From Gammaproteobacteria bacterium (GTDB lineage: Bacteria > Pseudomonadota > Gammaproteobacteria > Natronospirales > REEB76): DNA of 64,000 nt. The notes beneath the pieces were generated by a model, which made no database searches, was not told where the DNA came from, and was given only the letters and a program-made list of their open reading frames with translations. Position numbers and translations under genes: made by a program. This document shows positions 11,064-23,250 of this stretch, one piece after another. Numbering within the stretch: the first letter of the stretch is position 1; every line of letters starts with the position of its first letter. The stretch is taken from positions 9,672 through 73,671 of the forward strand of contig DAHUYB010000087.1 in assembly GCA_027315405.1 (NCBI GenBank), in the 5' to 3' direction.

Positions 11064-11283
11064 CCTCGGGAGACCGGCAGGATGGATATCCTGATTACAG
11101 GAGGGATCGGCGCGCCGGCTCGCAACACGGTTTCGTCTTCAACAACCTTGAGCCTCGACAAGAACGTCCGAGTTGCCGTTATTTATACCAATACGGACAG
11201 CGCCGACATTTTTCGGGCGGGGCGGCGATATTCGCCGAGATACATCAGGAATCGCGGCCGGGACGGCCGCTCCCACTGCCCGG

Positions 11284-14217
<2,934 letters not shown>

Positions 14218-14412
14218 TGAATACCTGAAAAAATCGCCAACCGTTAACTATACGCCGTCACGCAAGTCCGGTGCAAAACCGGGTGTCTTCGGCCCGGGGT
14301 AGGCAGATCCGATAGGAAGCACCGCATGCGCGGGGGGCAGGATGTTTTATCGGCGGGTTGTCTCAACGGGCAGGTATTTTGCTATGTTTGCATTAGTAAT
14401 ACGGAATAGCGC

Positions 14413-14652
14413 ATGGCGACAACACTCACCATCAAAGGCCAAGTCACTATTCCCAAGAACATCCGGGATGCGCTGAAACTCAAGCCCGGAACCCGCCTGG
14501 AGTTCGCAGTCAATGCTCAGGGCGACGTGGTACTGCACCAGGCGGGAGCCAAGGCCAGCCAGCGACCCAGTCGCTTCGGCCAAGCACATGGTAAGGCTCA
14601 GATAGCCTGGCGCACCGATGACCCTATGGCCTTACTGCGCGGCAATGATTAA
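14413..14652 (+). CDS. vapB: AbrB/MazE/SpoVT-type antitoxin (VapB-like)
   Basis: 79 aa. MATTLTIKGQVTIPKNIRDALKLKPGTRLEF is a swapped-hairpin AbrB-type signature. Its stop overlaps the next ATG (TAATG). Confidence 0.8.
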   Translation: MATTLTIKGQVTIPKNIRDALKLKPGTRLEFAVNAQGDVVLHQAGAKASQRPSRFGQAHGKAQIAWRTDDPMALLRGND

Positions 14653-14768
14653 TGCTGCTGGTGGATACCAATGTCCTGGTGAATGTGCTGGAAAACGATG
14701 CGCTCTGGGTTGAGTGGTCCATGCGACAACTGATGAATACGCAACCGCATTTGTGTCGAAGCATGTGA
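14652..14768 (+). pseudogene. truncated PIN-domain toxin (vapC remnant, 38 codons)
   Basis: Not in the track. ATG 14652 opens MLLVDTNVLVNVLENDALWVEWSMRQLMNTQPHLCRSM, followed by a stop. MLLVDTNVL is the classic PIN N-terminus carrying the first acidic residue. The remaining ~90 aa of a PIN domain are absent. Confidence 0.6.
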
Positions 14769-15365
14769 CCTTAATTGATCCGGCGGCCACGCTGGAAAAG
14801 ACTGTGCATTAATACCCGCCCAACCCGCAAAGCCGGCAATCCCTGAACCGGAAACCACAGTCACCCGGTCATTTTAGCGGTAGCCGGAATTTCTGCATTC
14901 GCCGTCATCATTGTAGGCGCCTGCAATCAGGACACCGGAAAGCTACTAGCACAGGAGGCAAACCTCACCCCGTCTAAGTGCATCATTGCGTAGCCCGCCT
15001 GTCTTTTTGCCCGCGCCGGCGGAATTTGGCGGCGCGTTTGGGGCACCATGCACCCCGCTGGCACTGCAACCCGGGTATCGGGAATCCGCTGATTTTTATT
15101 TTTCACTCAAAGCCTTTCCAACCGTACGAATTGTTCGCGCAGTAGCGGATGTTGAGCGACGTCAACAGGATGCAGTCATTTACCCGCCCTGACCGCTTTG
15201 AAGGTCTAGTGCAACTTGTCCGGTCTTCAGTAAGGGGGGGGCAATGCCGCGCCCGGGGTTGCGGTTTCTCACTGACTCACAGTCAGTGCAGTGCTAGTCG
15301 AAACTATGTAAAATTCACAACCTTTTTAGCGCGCAAAACCGTGCGGCGGTATTTCAAGGAGCAAT

Positions 15366-16643
15366 ATGCGCAAGATAGCGGTGATAGGCCTCGGTTATGT
15401 GGGACTCCCGGTTGCGGTGGCCTTCGGTAGAAAAGCACGGGTCATTGGATTTGACGTTAGTGCTGAGCGCCTGAACGAGCTAAAGGCCGGACATGACCGT
15501 ACCGGTGAGGTGGCTGACGCAGAGTTGGCGGCTACGAATATAGTCTATACAAGCGATATCAAGGTGCTGCGCGAGGCGGATTTCCATATCATCGCGGTGC
15601 CCACACCCGTGGATGAGGCCAACAAACCGAACCTCGGACCAATGCTCAGCGCTTCGGAGAGCGTCGGCAGGGCATTAAAGCCCGGCGGCATCGTGGTGTT
15701 TGAATCAACTGTTTATCCTGGCGCAACCGAAGAAGAGTGTGCGCCGGTTTTGGAGCGCGCCTCCGGTTTGAAATGCGGCGTGGATTTTTTCCTGGGTTAC
15801 AGTCCGGAACGCATAAATCCCGGTGACAAACAGCATACGTTCACGAAAATTCGTAAGGTAGTGTCAGGTCAGACGCCCGAGGTACTCGATATCGTGGCGT
15901 CGGTTTATAGCAGCGTTGTGGAAGCGGGTGTTTATAGGGCAGCCAGTATTAAGGTCGCGGAAGCCGCAAAGGTGATTGAGAACACACAGCGTGATCTCAA
16001 TATCGCACTCATGAATGAACTGGCGGTGATTTTCGACCGCCTGGGCATCGATACGCGCGCAGTCCTGGAAGCAGCCGGCACCAAGTGGAATTTCCTGCCC
16101 TTCACACCGGGGCTCGTAGGCGGTCACTGCATCGGCGTCGATCCTTATTACCTGACCCACAAAGCCGAGAAGATCGGCTATATCCCACAAGTCATCCTAT
16201 CGGGCCGTCGCATCAATGACAGCATGGGGCGTTTCATTGCACAGCGCACTCTGAAGGAGATGATCCGAATCGGCCACGATGTGCGCGGTGCGACGGTAAC
16301 GATATTAGGCCTCACTTTCAAAGAAGATTGTCCGGACTTACGCAACTCCAAGGTGATTGACATCATCCGCGAATTCAGGGAATTCGGTGCACAAGTGCAA
16401 GTCTGTGACCCGCTAGCTTCCCCCAGCGAGGCCCAGCACGAATACGGCGTGACTCTGATCCCTTTTAAGGATCTCAGGCCCGCTGACACATTGGTCGTGG
16501 CGGTGGCACACCACGATTATCGCGCACTGGGTATCATGGAACTGAGACGTTTGCTTAAGGATCCGCCGCTCCTGATCGATGTGAAATCGATATTCCCGCG
16601 TGACTCGCTTGAAGCCGCGGGTATCCGCGTATGGCGGTTATAA
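15366..16643 (+). CDS. nucleotide-sugar 6-dehydrogenase, WbpO/TviB-like (UDP-N-acetyl-hexosamine dehydrogenase)
   Basis: 425 aa. AAGGAG lies 4 nt upstream of the [24 protein letters not shown] is the Rossmann start, and ...[15 protein letters not shown]... carries the catalytic Cys. It is paired with a WbpP-like epimerase. Confidence 0.88.
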   Translation: MRKIAVIGLGYVGLPVAVAFGRKARVIGFDVSAERLNELKAGHDRTGEVADAELAATNIVYTSDIKVLREADFHIIAVPTPVDEANKPNLGPMLSASESVGRALKPGGIVVFESTVYPGATEEECAPVLERASGLKCGVDFFLGYSPERINPGDKQHTFTKIRKVVSGQTPEVLDIVASVYSSVVEAGVYRAASIKVAEAAKVIENTQRDLNIALMNELAVIFDRLGIDTRAVLEAAGTKWNFLPFTPGLVGGHCIGVDPYYLTHKAEKIGYIPQVILSGRRINDSMGRFIAQRTLKEMIRIGHDVRGATVTILGLTFKEDCPDLRNSKVIDIIREFREFGAQVQVCDPLASPSEAQHEYGVTLIPFKDLRPADTLVVAVAHHDYRALGIMELRRLLKDPPLLIDVKSIFPRDSLEAAGIRVWRL

Positions 16644-16654
16644 AAGTGGAAAAG

Positions 16655-17686
16655 ATGGGGATTAAAGAGTGTGAAGCCGAGCTCAAGTCCAATCCGCGCA
16701 TATGGCTGATAACGGGCGTTGCGGGTTTCATCGGCTCGAATCTACTGGAGCGGTTGCTTATCCTTGGTCAGACCGTCGTGGGTCTAGACAACTTCAGCAC
16801 CGGTAATCAAGGTAATCTTACCATAGTCCAAAGACTGGTATCCGATGCTCAATGGGCGTGTTTCAAATTCATCGAGGGTGACTTACGGGATATCGAAACA
16901 TGTAAGCGGGCGATACGCGGTGTTGACGTAGTATTGCATCAGGCTGCCATCGGATCCGTGCCAAGATCCCTGGCCGATCCGATCGCCACACATGAGAGCA
17001 ATGTTAACGGCTTTTTGAATATGCTGGTGATGGCGCGGGATGCCGGTGTGGGCCGCTTCGTCTACGCAACCTCGAGTTCAATCTACGGCGACCATCCGGG
17101 GCTGCCAAAGGTAGAACATCATATTGGTAAGCCACTGTCTCCTTATGCAGTAACCAAGTATGTGAATGAACTGTATGCCGATGTGTTCGCTCGCAATTAC
17201 AACCTGCAGGTTGTGGGCCTACGCTACTTCAATGTTTTCGGTCCGCGCCAGGACCCGGAGGGCGCCTATGCCGCCGTGATCCCCTTGTGGTTCAAAGCAT
17301 TGCTCAGGGGCGAACCGGTCTACATCAACGGCGATGGCGAAACCAGCCGTGACTTCTGCTACGTGGATAATGCCGTACAAGCGAACCTGCTGGCGGCGTG
17401 GACGCGGCGATCTGAAGCGTTGAATCAGGTCTACAATGTGGCCGTTGGGAAAAGCACAACACTGACAGGGCTGTATAACCTTATTCGCGGGGAAATTGCC
17501 CGGCGGATGGCGGTGCTTGCGGGTGAACCGACATATCGCGAGTTTCGACCCGGGGATGTCAGACATTCCCGCGCCGATATTGCCAAGGCACAACTACTGC
17601 TGGGGTACGAACCCACGGCTGGCATCGAGCAAGGACTGCATATTGCGGCCGAGTATTACATGGCGCTGTTCGGGCATAAGAATTAA
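16655..17686 (+). CDS. UDP-N-acetylglucosamine 4-epimerase, WbpP/TviC-like
   Basis: Translation reads ...[38 protein letters not shown]..., ...[19 protein letters not shown]... and ...[12 protein letters not shown]. This closely follows P. aeruginosa WbpP as I remember it. ATG 16655 gives the WbpP-like N-terminal length; the track start 16631 overlaps the upstream gene by 13 nt. Confidence 0.88.
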   Translation: MGIKECEAELKSNPRIWLITGVAGFIGSNLLERLLILGQTVVGLDNFSTGNQGNLTIVQRLVSDAQWACFKFIEGDLRDIETCKRAIRGVDVVLHQAAIGSVPRSLADPIATHESNVNGFLNMLVMARDAGVGRFVYATSSSIYGDHPGLPKVEHHIGKPLSPYAVTKYVNELYADVFARNYNLQVVGLRYFNVFGPRQDPEGAYAAVIPLWFKALLRGEPVYINGDGETSRDFCYVDNAVQANLLAAWTRRSEALNQVYNVAVGKSTTLTGLYNLIRGEIARRMAVLAGEPTYREFRPGDVRHSRADIAKAQLLLGYEPTAGIEQGLHIAAEYYMALFGHKN

Positions 17687-17715
17687 GGGATAGGTGGCGA
17701 TCTCAATGCACGGTG

Positions 17716-17835
17716 AGCGCTGCTGCATACGTCGCGAGTAGCGATTATTTCTGGAACAGTGATTTATTCTTGGTACAGGCGGATATATACCTATGCGAAC
17801 TCAGGCGGTATGCGCCGGACATCGCAAAAATGGTA
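17716..17835 (+). pseudogene. relic (~40 codons) of a second mannose-1-phosphate guanylyltransferase gene
   Basis: AAAYVASSDYFWNSDLFLVQADIYLCELRRYAPDIAKMV aligns with [39 protein letters not shown] of the intact manC at 8249-9679. By eye this is about 22/39 identities. There is no similarity on either side of the block. Confidence 0.7.
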
Positions 17836-18673
17836 TTGTGGGCGAGCCAGTTCTGTGCGCCAGCACACAGACAATCCTCGCGGCCGCCGATATTCTCACT
17901 ATATTAATTAAGCGCTCATCAGCAGTGGCTGAGTAGGTAAGCTGTGGCCGCGGCATGGCTTTTTCGACCGTCAAATCGAGGGAGCACTGATGAAAACCTA
18001 CAGGCGGCTCACTGGTGAGGGTCAGTTTTGGATGGATATCAACAAATTGAGTGCTTACATTCATCAGCACTATGAAACAGGCTCAGCTCAAGACCCGCTT
18101 ACTTGGGTCATATGGCTACGAATATGACTGTACTTCGAATTGGACTAGGTTAGCGTTTTCGATGTTGCCGTCGAGGGCAAGAAACCGATATTTAGCCATT
18201 CGCCATACCTTAAGGCTAAATTCACTGGATTTGAACTTGACAACTGTTTTTGTTATGAACATAATCTAGCTGAACATAACTTCACTTAGGCCCTGTGTTG
18301 TCGGCTGTCGTAGCTCGAATGAATAATGTGATTAGACATAATCGAGAATGATTACAAGGGAAATCAGCAGGGTTTATGACTCTTTAGGACATTTAAGGTG
18401 AGTTTTGAATCCGGGTTGCAGGAGAGTCTGAATCAGCGTCAAGAGGTCTTAAAATTTGATTGGTTAATCCCGCATCCAACCTCGACTCGCGCGGTCTTGC
18501 AGTGAGCCGAAGATGTTGATCCCGAATGACCCAGTCAACCATGCATTTAGGTCCCGAAGCGCACTCATGAAACGTCATCTGCTTGTAAATGGATTGCAAT
18601 TAAGACCGTGCCAGCATAGCACCGGGTGATCGGTGCCAGTTACCACAAGACTAAGGAATAATAGGGACGTCGC

Positions 18674-20080
18674 ATGGGCAAGATACGTTTGTTTGGCACT
18701 AATATTCCTTTGCCGTTTCTGCTACTGGCGATGGTGGAGTTATGCCTCATTTCTGGATGTGTCGTTCTTGCCGCCTCCTTACGCTTCGACGGAGATCTGC
18801 GCGAGGTCTATCGCACGCTGGGTCCTCTGCTGCATCGGGCCTTGTTCTATGCTTGTATCATGGTTCTGTCCCTGGGCGCCATGGGGCTCTACCAGATTCA
18901 CTTCCGCGAAGGTTATCTCGGCCAGTTGCTAAGAGTGTTTGCAGGTTGCTTGCTGGGCTGGGGGATCCTGGCGGTTTTGTATTACCTCATTCCATCGTTG
19001 TACGTCGGCCGCGGTGTAGCCAGCATGTCGCTGGCGTTTTCGGTAGCGATAGTCGTGTTCCTGCGCCCAGCATTTTACAGTCTGGTGGATCTGGATTCCC
19101 TGAAACCACGGGTGCTAATCCTTGGCGCGGGAGAAAAGGCGGCCTGGATCATGCGGAGCATGTACCATCGTTCCAACCGGCGCGGGTTTTGCTTGATCGG
19201 GTTCGTGGATACCGGCGGCATACGGCACGTCAATGGGGATGTACCGGTACTAAAGCTGGATGGCTCACTGAGCGATTATATTCAGCGCTGTCGCGTGGAC
19301 CAGATTGTGGTAGCAGTGGATGACAGGCGGAATAACCTGCCCATGCAGGATCTCTTGGACTGTCGGCTTGCCGGCGTGGAAGTAATTGATCTCGCGACCT
19401 TCTTCGAGCAGGAAACCAGCACCGTAGCCCTAGAATTGGTGGATGCCAGCTGGCTGGTGTTCGGCCAGGGGTTCAGGCATGGTATCTTGCTGGCTGGTAT
19501 CAAGCGTAGCCTCGATATTTTGTTGAGCGCCATGCTGCTGGTATTGTTTTGGCCCGTCATATTGCTGGCGGCAGTGGCCATCAAACTGGAAGATGGTCTG
19601 CATGTCCCTGTTTTTTACTCTCAGATCCGCGTCGGGAGGGGTAGACTGCCTTTCAAGCTTTACAAACTCCGCAGCATGCGCGTTGATGCGGAACGCACAA
19701 GCGGAGCTTGTTGGACACAGGCCAATGATAATCGTATCACTCACGTGGGAAAGGTTATTCGCAAGTGTCGGATAGATGAACTACCACAGATATTCAATGT
19801 GTTACGTGGAGATATGAGCTTTGTCGGGCCGCGTCCGGAAAGGCCAGAGTTCACCCAGGAGCTGGAAAAGCGGATCCGCTATTATCGCGAGCGCTGTGCG
19901 GTAAAACCCGGACTTACTGGTTGGGCGCAGTTGCGGTATCCATACGGCGCTTCGGATCGCGACGCCAGTGAAAAGCTTAAATACGATTTGTTCTATATCA
20001 AGAATCACAATACGTTTTTTGATCTTTTGATTCTTTTGCAGACCGTGGAAGTAGTGGTCTTTGGCAAAGGCGCTCGCTAA
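18674..20080 (+). CDS. priming polyprenyl-phosphate sugar-phosphate transferase (EpsB-like, PEP-CTERM-locus type)
   Basis: 468 aa with N-terminal TM helices. The C-terminal bacterial sugar-transferase domain reads ...YSQIRVGRGRLPFKLYKLRSM...IDELPQIFNVLRGDMSFVGPRPERPEF.... Confidence 0.9.
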   Translation: MGKIRLFGTNIPLPFLLLAMVELCLISGCVVLAASLRFDGDLREVYRTLGPLLHRALFYACIMVLSLGAMGLYQIHFREGYLGQLLRVFAGCLLGWGILAVLYYLIPSLYVGRGVASMSLAFSVAIVVFLRPAFYSLVDLDSLKPRVLILGAGEKAAWIMRSMYHRSNRRGFCLIGFVDTGGIRHVNGDVPVLKLDGSLSDYIQRCRVDQIVVAVDDRRNNLPMQDLLDCRLAGVEVIDLATFFEQETSTVALELVDASWLVFGQGFRHGILLAGIKRSLDILLSAMLLVLFWPVILLAAVAIKLEDGLHVPVFYSQIRVGRGRLPFKLYKLRSMRVDAERTSGACWTQANDNRITHVGKVIRKCRIDELPQIFNVLRGDMSFVGPRPERPEFTQELEKRIRYYRERCAVKPGLTGWAQLRYPYGASDRDASEKLKYDLFYIKNHNTFFDLLILLQTVEVVVFGKGAR

Positions 20081-20106
20081 GTATCCCCATAGTGCGGAGG
20101 AATAAA

Positions 20107-20742
20107 ATGAAGATCGCGTTGCGTGATACCGGGATTATTTGTTGGATCGGATTGTTGGCCGCTATCTTGGTGCTGAACGGCTGTGGCAGCACTATGCAGG
20201 TTGCGACACCGGCAGACCTCGCCAGTACGCCCCCCGCCGCGCACTACATTATCGGCCCGGGCGATACGCTCCAAATCTATGTGCGTGACAATCCTAGTCT
20301 CAGCATCACTGTGCCCGTGCGCCCCGATGGGCGCATTTCCATCCCGTTAGTACAGTCAATGATGGCGGCGGGTAAAACACCTGACATCCTCGCTGATAAC
20401 TTGCAATCAGCCTTGAGCCGCTATATCCGTGCCCCGCTGGTGACCGTCATCGTCACGCGTTTCGAGGGTGCCTACAGTCAACAGGTCCGAGTTGTCGGGC
20501 AGGCGGTAACCCCCAAGGCCGTACCTTACCGGAGTGGCATGACCCTTCTTGACTTGATGATCGATGTGGGAGGACTGACCAAGTTCGCGGACGGCAATGA
20601 CGCTAAAATTATCCGTCAATTGGCTGACGGCCGCGAGGTCAGTATTCCGGTGAAGCTTGGGAATCTCATGAATGGGGATATAAACTACAACGTAGTTGTA
20701 CATCCGGGCGACATTCTCATTATCCCGCAGTCCAATTTCTGA
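20107..20742 (+). CDS. polysaccharide export outer-membrane lipoprotein (Wza-like, PEP-CTERM-locus type)
   Basis: ATG 20107 lies behind GGAGG. The lipobox is LVLNGC. ...YIIGPGDTLQIYV...PVRPDGRISIPLV... is the Poly_export signature. The track start 20092 is a GTG inside the RBS. Confidence 0.88.
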   Translation: MKIALRDTGIICWIGLLAAILVLNGCGSTMQVATPADLASTPPAAHYIIGPGDTLQIYVRDNPSLSITVPVRPDGRISIPLVQSMMAAGKTPDILADNLQSALSRYIRAPLVTVIVTRFEGAYSQQVRVVGQAVTPKAVPYRSGMTLLDLMIDVGGLTKFADGNDAKIIRQLADGREVSIPVKLGNLMNGDINYNVVVHPGDILIIPQSNF

Positions 20743-20772
20743 AAATGACCTGAGTGGATGAGGTGATCATTC

Positions 20773-22338
20773 ATGCATGACCTTTTTTATCGCATTCTCG
20801 CGGAAGTACGAGCGACCTGGCGTTTTCGCTGGTACGCGTTGTTGTTTGCATGGATATTAGGCATGAGTGGGGCGTTCCTGGTCTACAGTCTACCGAACGT
20901 GTATCAATCCAGTGCGCGGGTTTATGCTGATACCGATGCCATGCTGAGCCCGCTGCTCAGAGGGCTCGCCGTGCAGCCTGATGTGCGCAGTCGTATACAA
21001 CTTATGGCACAGACTCTGTTGTCGCGCCCTAACCTGGAGACGGTGGCCGATAAGACAGGTCTTTCCTTGCGTGCCACCACCCCGGAAGCAAAGGATGATC
21101 TGTTGCTTACTCTGCAGCGTCATGTCCAGATTGCCGGCGGCGGGCCAGGTAACCTGTACACCATCACATACAGTGACCAGAATAAAAGGATGGCGAAGAA
21201 TGTGGTGCAAGCACTGCTGCAGATCCTTATGAACGACACGCTGGGCACCAACATACAGAATTCTCAATCGGCACAGAATTTCTTGCAGCAACAGGTCAAT
21301 GATTACAGTAACCGGCTCAATACGGCTGAAAAAAAGCTGGCGGAATTTGAGAAAGCCAACGTGGGGTACATTCCCAATCAAGGCGGAAGTGATTATTTCA
21401 CAAAGTTGCAGAATACTGAAACACAGTTGCAGAGCCTGCAGAACGAACTCGACACGGCCGAGGCCAGTCGCGCAACGACCGAACGACAGATGCGTGACAT
21501 GGAAAGCAACACCGGTTCTGCGAGCATAAACCCGCGCATACAGCAAATTGACAAGCAGATAGGGGATTATCAGCAGAAGCTTAATAATCTCTTGTTGCGC
21601 TATACAAACGAATACCCGGATGTGGTTTCTACCAGGCGCATGATCGAACAACTGCAAGCGCAGCGGAAGGCCATTCAGACACAACCGGTTAGTGCATCAA
21701 ATGTCGGCGTAGACTCGGATAACCCGGTCTATCAGGATATGCAGAAATCCTTGTATTCGGCTCAAGTGCATATCGGGACATTGAAGACCCAGATCGCATT
21801 ACAAAGAAAGCAGATCAGCGATCTTAAAAGCAAAGTTGACCGGATTACCGACGTGCAAGCCAACTTGCAGCAGTTGACGCGTAACTATAACGTGACACTC
21901 AAGAAATACAATGAGTTGTATGCGCGACTGGACACCGCAACTATGTCGCAGGACGCGTCCAACAGCGGTAACGATCTCAAATTCCGTATCATTGATCCAC
22001 CCGTGGTACCGCAGATTCCCGTCAGTCCGAAGCGGGATCTCCTGCTTATAGTAGTCCTGGTTATTTCTTTGGCGGCGGGTTGTGGTTTTGCGTTTTTCCT
22101 GCACCAGATCAGACCTGTATATGCCAACCTCAAGGGCCTGCGCGAGACCATTGGACTTCCGGTGCTGGGAGCTTTCACCATAATCTGGTCCGCTACGCAA
22201 CTGCGTTACCGCCGGCGAGAGGTTCTTGGCTTCAGCGCCATGGTGTGTCTGCTGTTGCTGATGTTTGTCGCCGGTCTGTCCTTCGAAAGCCATATCACCA
22301 ATCTGGTGCAACATTTCTTCGTGATGGGTGGCGCATGA
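20773..22338 (+). CDS. polysaccharide chain-length determinant (Wzz/PCP-type, PEP-CTERM-locus subfamily)
   Basis: 521 aa with an N-terminal TM helix and a C-terminal TM pair. The long coiled-coil periplasmic segment is Gln/Leu-rich, and there is no kinase domain. Confidence 0.85.
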   Translation: MHDLFYRILAEVRATWRFRWYALLFAWILGMSGAFLVYSLPNVYQSSARVYADTDAMLSPLLRGLAVQPDVRSRIQLMAQTLLSRPNLETVADKTGLSLRATTPEAKDDLLLTLQRHVQIAGGGPGNLYTITYSDQNKRMAKNVVQALLQILMNDTLGTNIQNSQSAQNFLQQQVNDYSNRLNTAEKKLAEFEKANVGYIPNQGGSDYFTKLQNTETQLQSLQNELDTAEASRATTERQMRDMESNTGSASINPRIQQIDKQIGDYQQKLNNLLLRYTNEYPDVVSTRRMIEQLQAQRKAIQTQPVSASNVGVDSDNPVYQDMQKSLYSAQVHIGTLKTQIALQRKQISDLKSKVDRITDVQANLQQLTRNYNVTLKKYNELYARLDTATMSQDASNSGNDLKFRIIDPPVVPQIPVSPKRDLLLIVVLVISLAAGCGFAFFLHQIRPVYANLKGLRETIGLPVLGAFTIIWSATQLRYRRREVLGFSAMVCLLLLMFVAGLSFESHITNLVQHFFVMGGA

Positions 22339-23249
22339 GCATCGTCGAGAAAGCCGTAGAAAAGCTCAAGAACACGCGACCGCAGGAGCCTGTCGGGTTG
22401 AAAGTGGCACCTTCTGCAGAGCCGGGGCCGCCGTACGTTACATCAAAATCGTCTGTTGAACGCTTGCAGGAGCGCATAGGTGAAATCCATGCAGCCGTAG
22501 AGAAAACGCCGGTTTGGCACGTGGATATCGAGGCTCTCAAGTGGGTGGGGGTACTGCCTTCGGAGGAAGCAGCGCCTCGGCTGGCAGACGAGTTGCGCCG
22601 CATAAAACGCCCACTGCTGGCTAATATTACTGGCAATAATGGAGCCGTGCCGGTGGACAATGGCCACCGGATCATGATCGCCAGCTCCTTGCCAGGGGAA
22701 GGTAAGACATTTACGGCGCTTAACCTGGCCTTGAGTCTTGCCATGGAACGGGATTTCGAAGTGCTGCTGGTGGATGGGGATGCCCCCAAGTGTGATCTGA
22801 CACGGCTCCTGAAGCTGGAAGATCGTCCCGGTTTGATGGAGGTGCTGGCCGATGAGCAACTCCAGCCTGCAAATGTCATAGTCCGTACTGACGTGCCTAA
22901 CCTGCTGGTAGTGCCGGTTGGAGGGCGCAATCCACTCGCCGCTGAGTTATTCAGCAGCCGGCGTATGGAATATGTGTTGCGTGAGTTCGGCGGCCAGGGT
23001 CGGCGGCGATTGCTGGTATTTGATTCACCACCGCTGTTGGCGACTTCCGAGGCCCAGGTACTGGCCCCACTCATGGGACAGATCATCTTGGTGGTTGCTG
23101 CGGGCAGCACTCAGCAACAGTCGGTGAAATCCGCCATTGATACCCTCACGGGTTGCAAGTGCATCAACCTTATTCTCAACCGTGCGCGATTGCCGGCGGG
23201 TGAGGATCATTACGGTAATTACTATAGCCGCTACTACAAGGACCGCTAG
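22335..23249 (+). CDS. exopolysaccharide tyrosine autokinase-type ATPase (separate Wzc C-terminal domain)
   Basis: ATGA overlap with the upstream gene. Walker A is SSLPGEGKTFTALNLA and Walker B-like is LLVFDSPP. The C-terminal Tyr cluster is HYGNYYSRYYKDR. Confidence 0.87.
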   Translation: MSIVEKAVEKLKNTRPQEPVGLKVAPSAEPGPPYVTSKSSVERLQERIGEIHAAVEKTPVWHVDIEALKWVGVLPSEEAAPRLADELRRIKRPLLANITGNNGAVPVDNGHRIMIASSLPGEGKTFTALNLALSLAMERDFEVLLVDGDAPKCDLTRLLKLEDRPGLMEVLADEQLQPANVIVRTDVPNLLVVPVGGRNPLAAELFSSRRMEYVLREFGGQGRRRLLVFDSPPLLATSEAQVLAPLMGQIILVVAAGSTQQQSVKSAIDTLTGCKCINLILNRARLPAGEDHYGNYYSRYYKDR

Positions 23250-23250
23250 C

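Noticed and set aside
15345-15352. ops/JUMPStart-like GGCGGTAT upstream of the first EPS gene
   Set aside because: It differs from the GGCGGTAG..TG consensus at the critical last positions and sits only ~14 nt from the start codon, overlapping the RBS region. It is most likely a chance match.
17990-18127. 45-codon ORF (MKTYRRLTGEGQFWMDINKL...) behind a GAGGGAG RBS-like sequence
   Set aside because: It has no recognisable family or hydrophobic/structural pattern and lies in the degraded scar next to the manC relic. There is not enough evidence to call it a gene.
18300-18673. Search for a sigma-54 -24/-12 promoter directly upstream of the core operon (and upstream of LpB at 54197-54427)
   Set aside because: All GG...GC candidates I could find by eye had wrong spacing (for example TGGTTAATCCCGCA, two nt short). 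None is reported.
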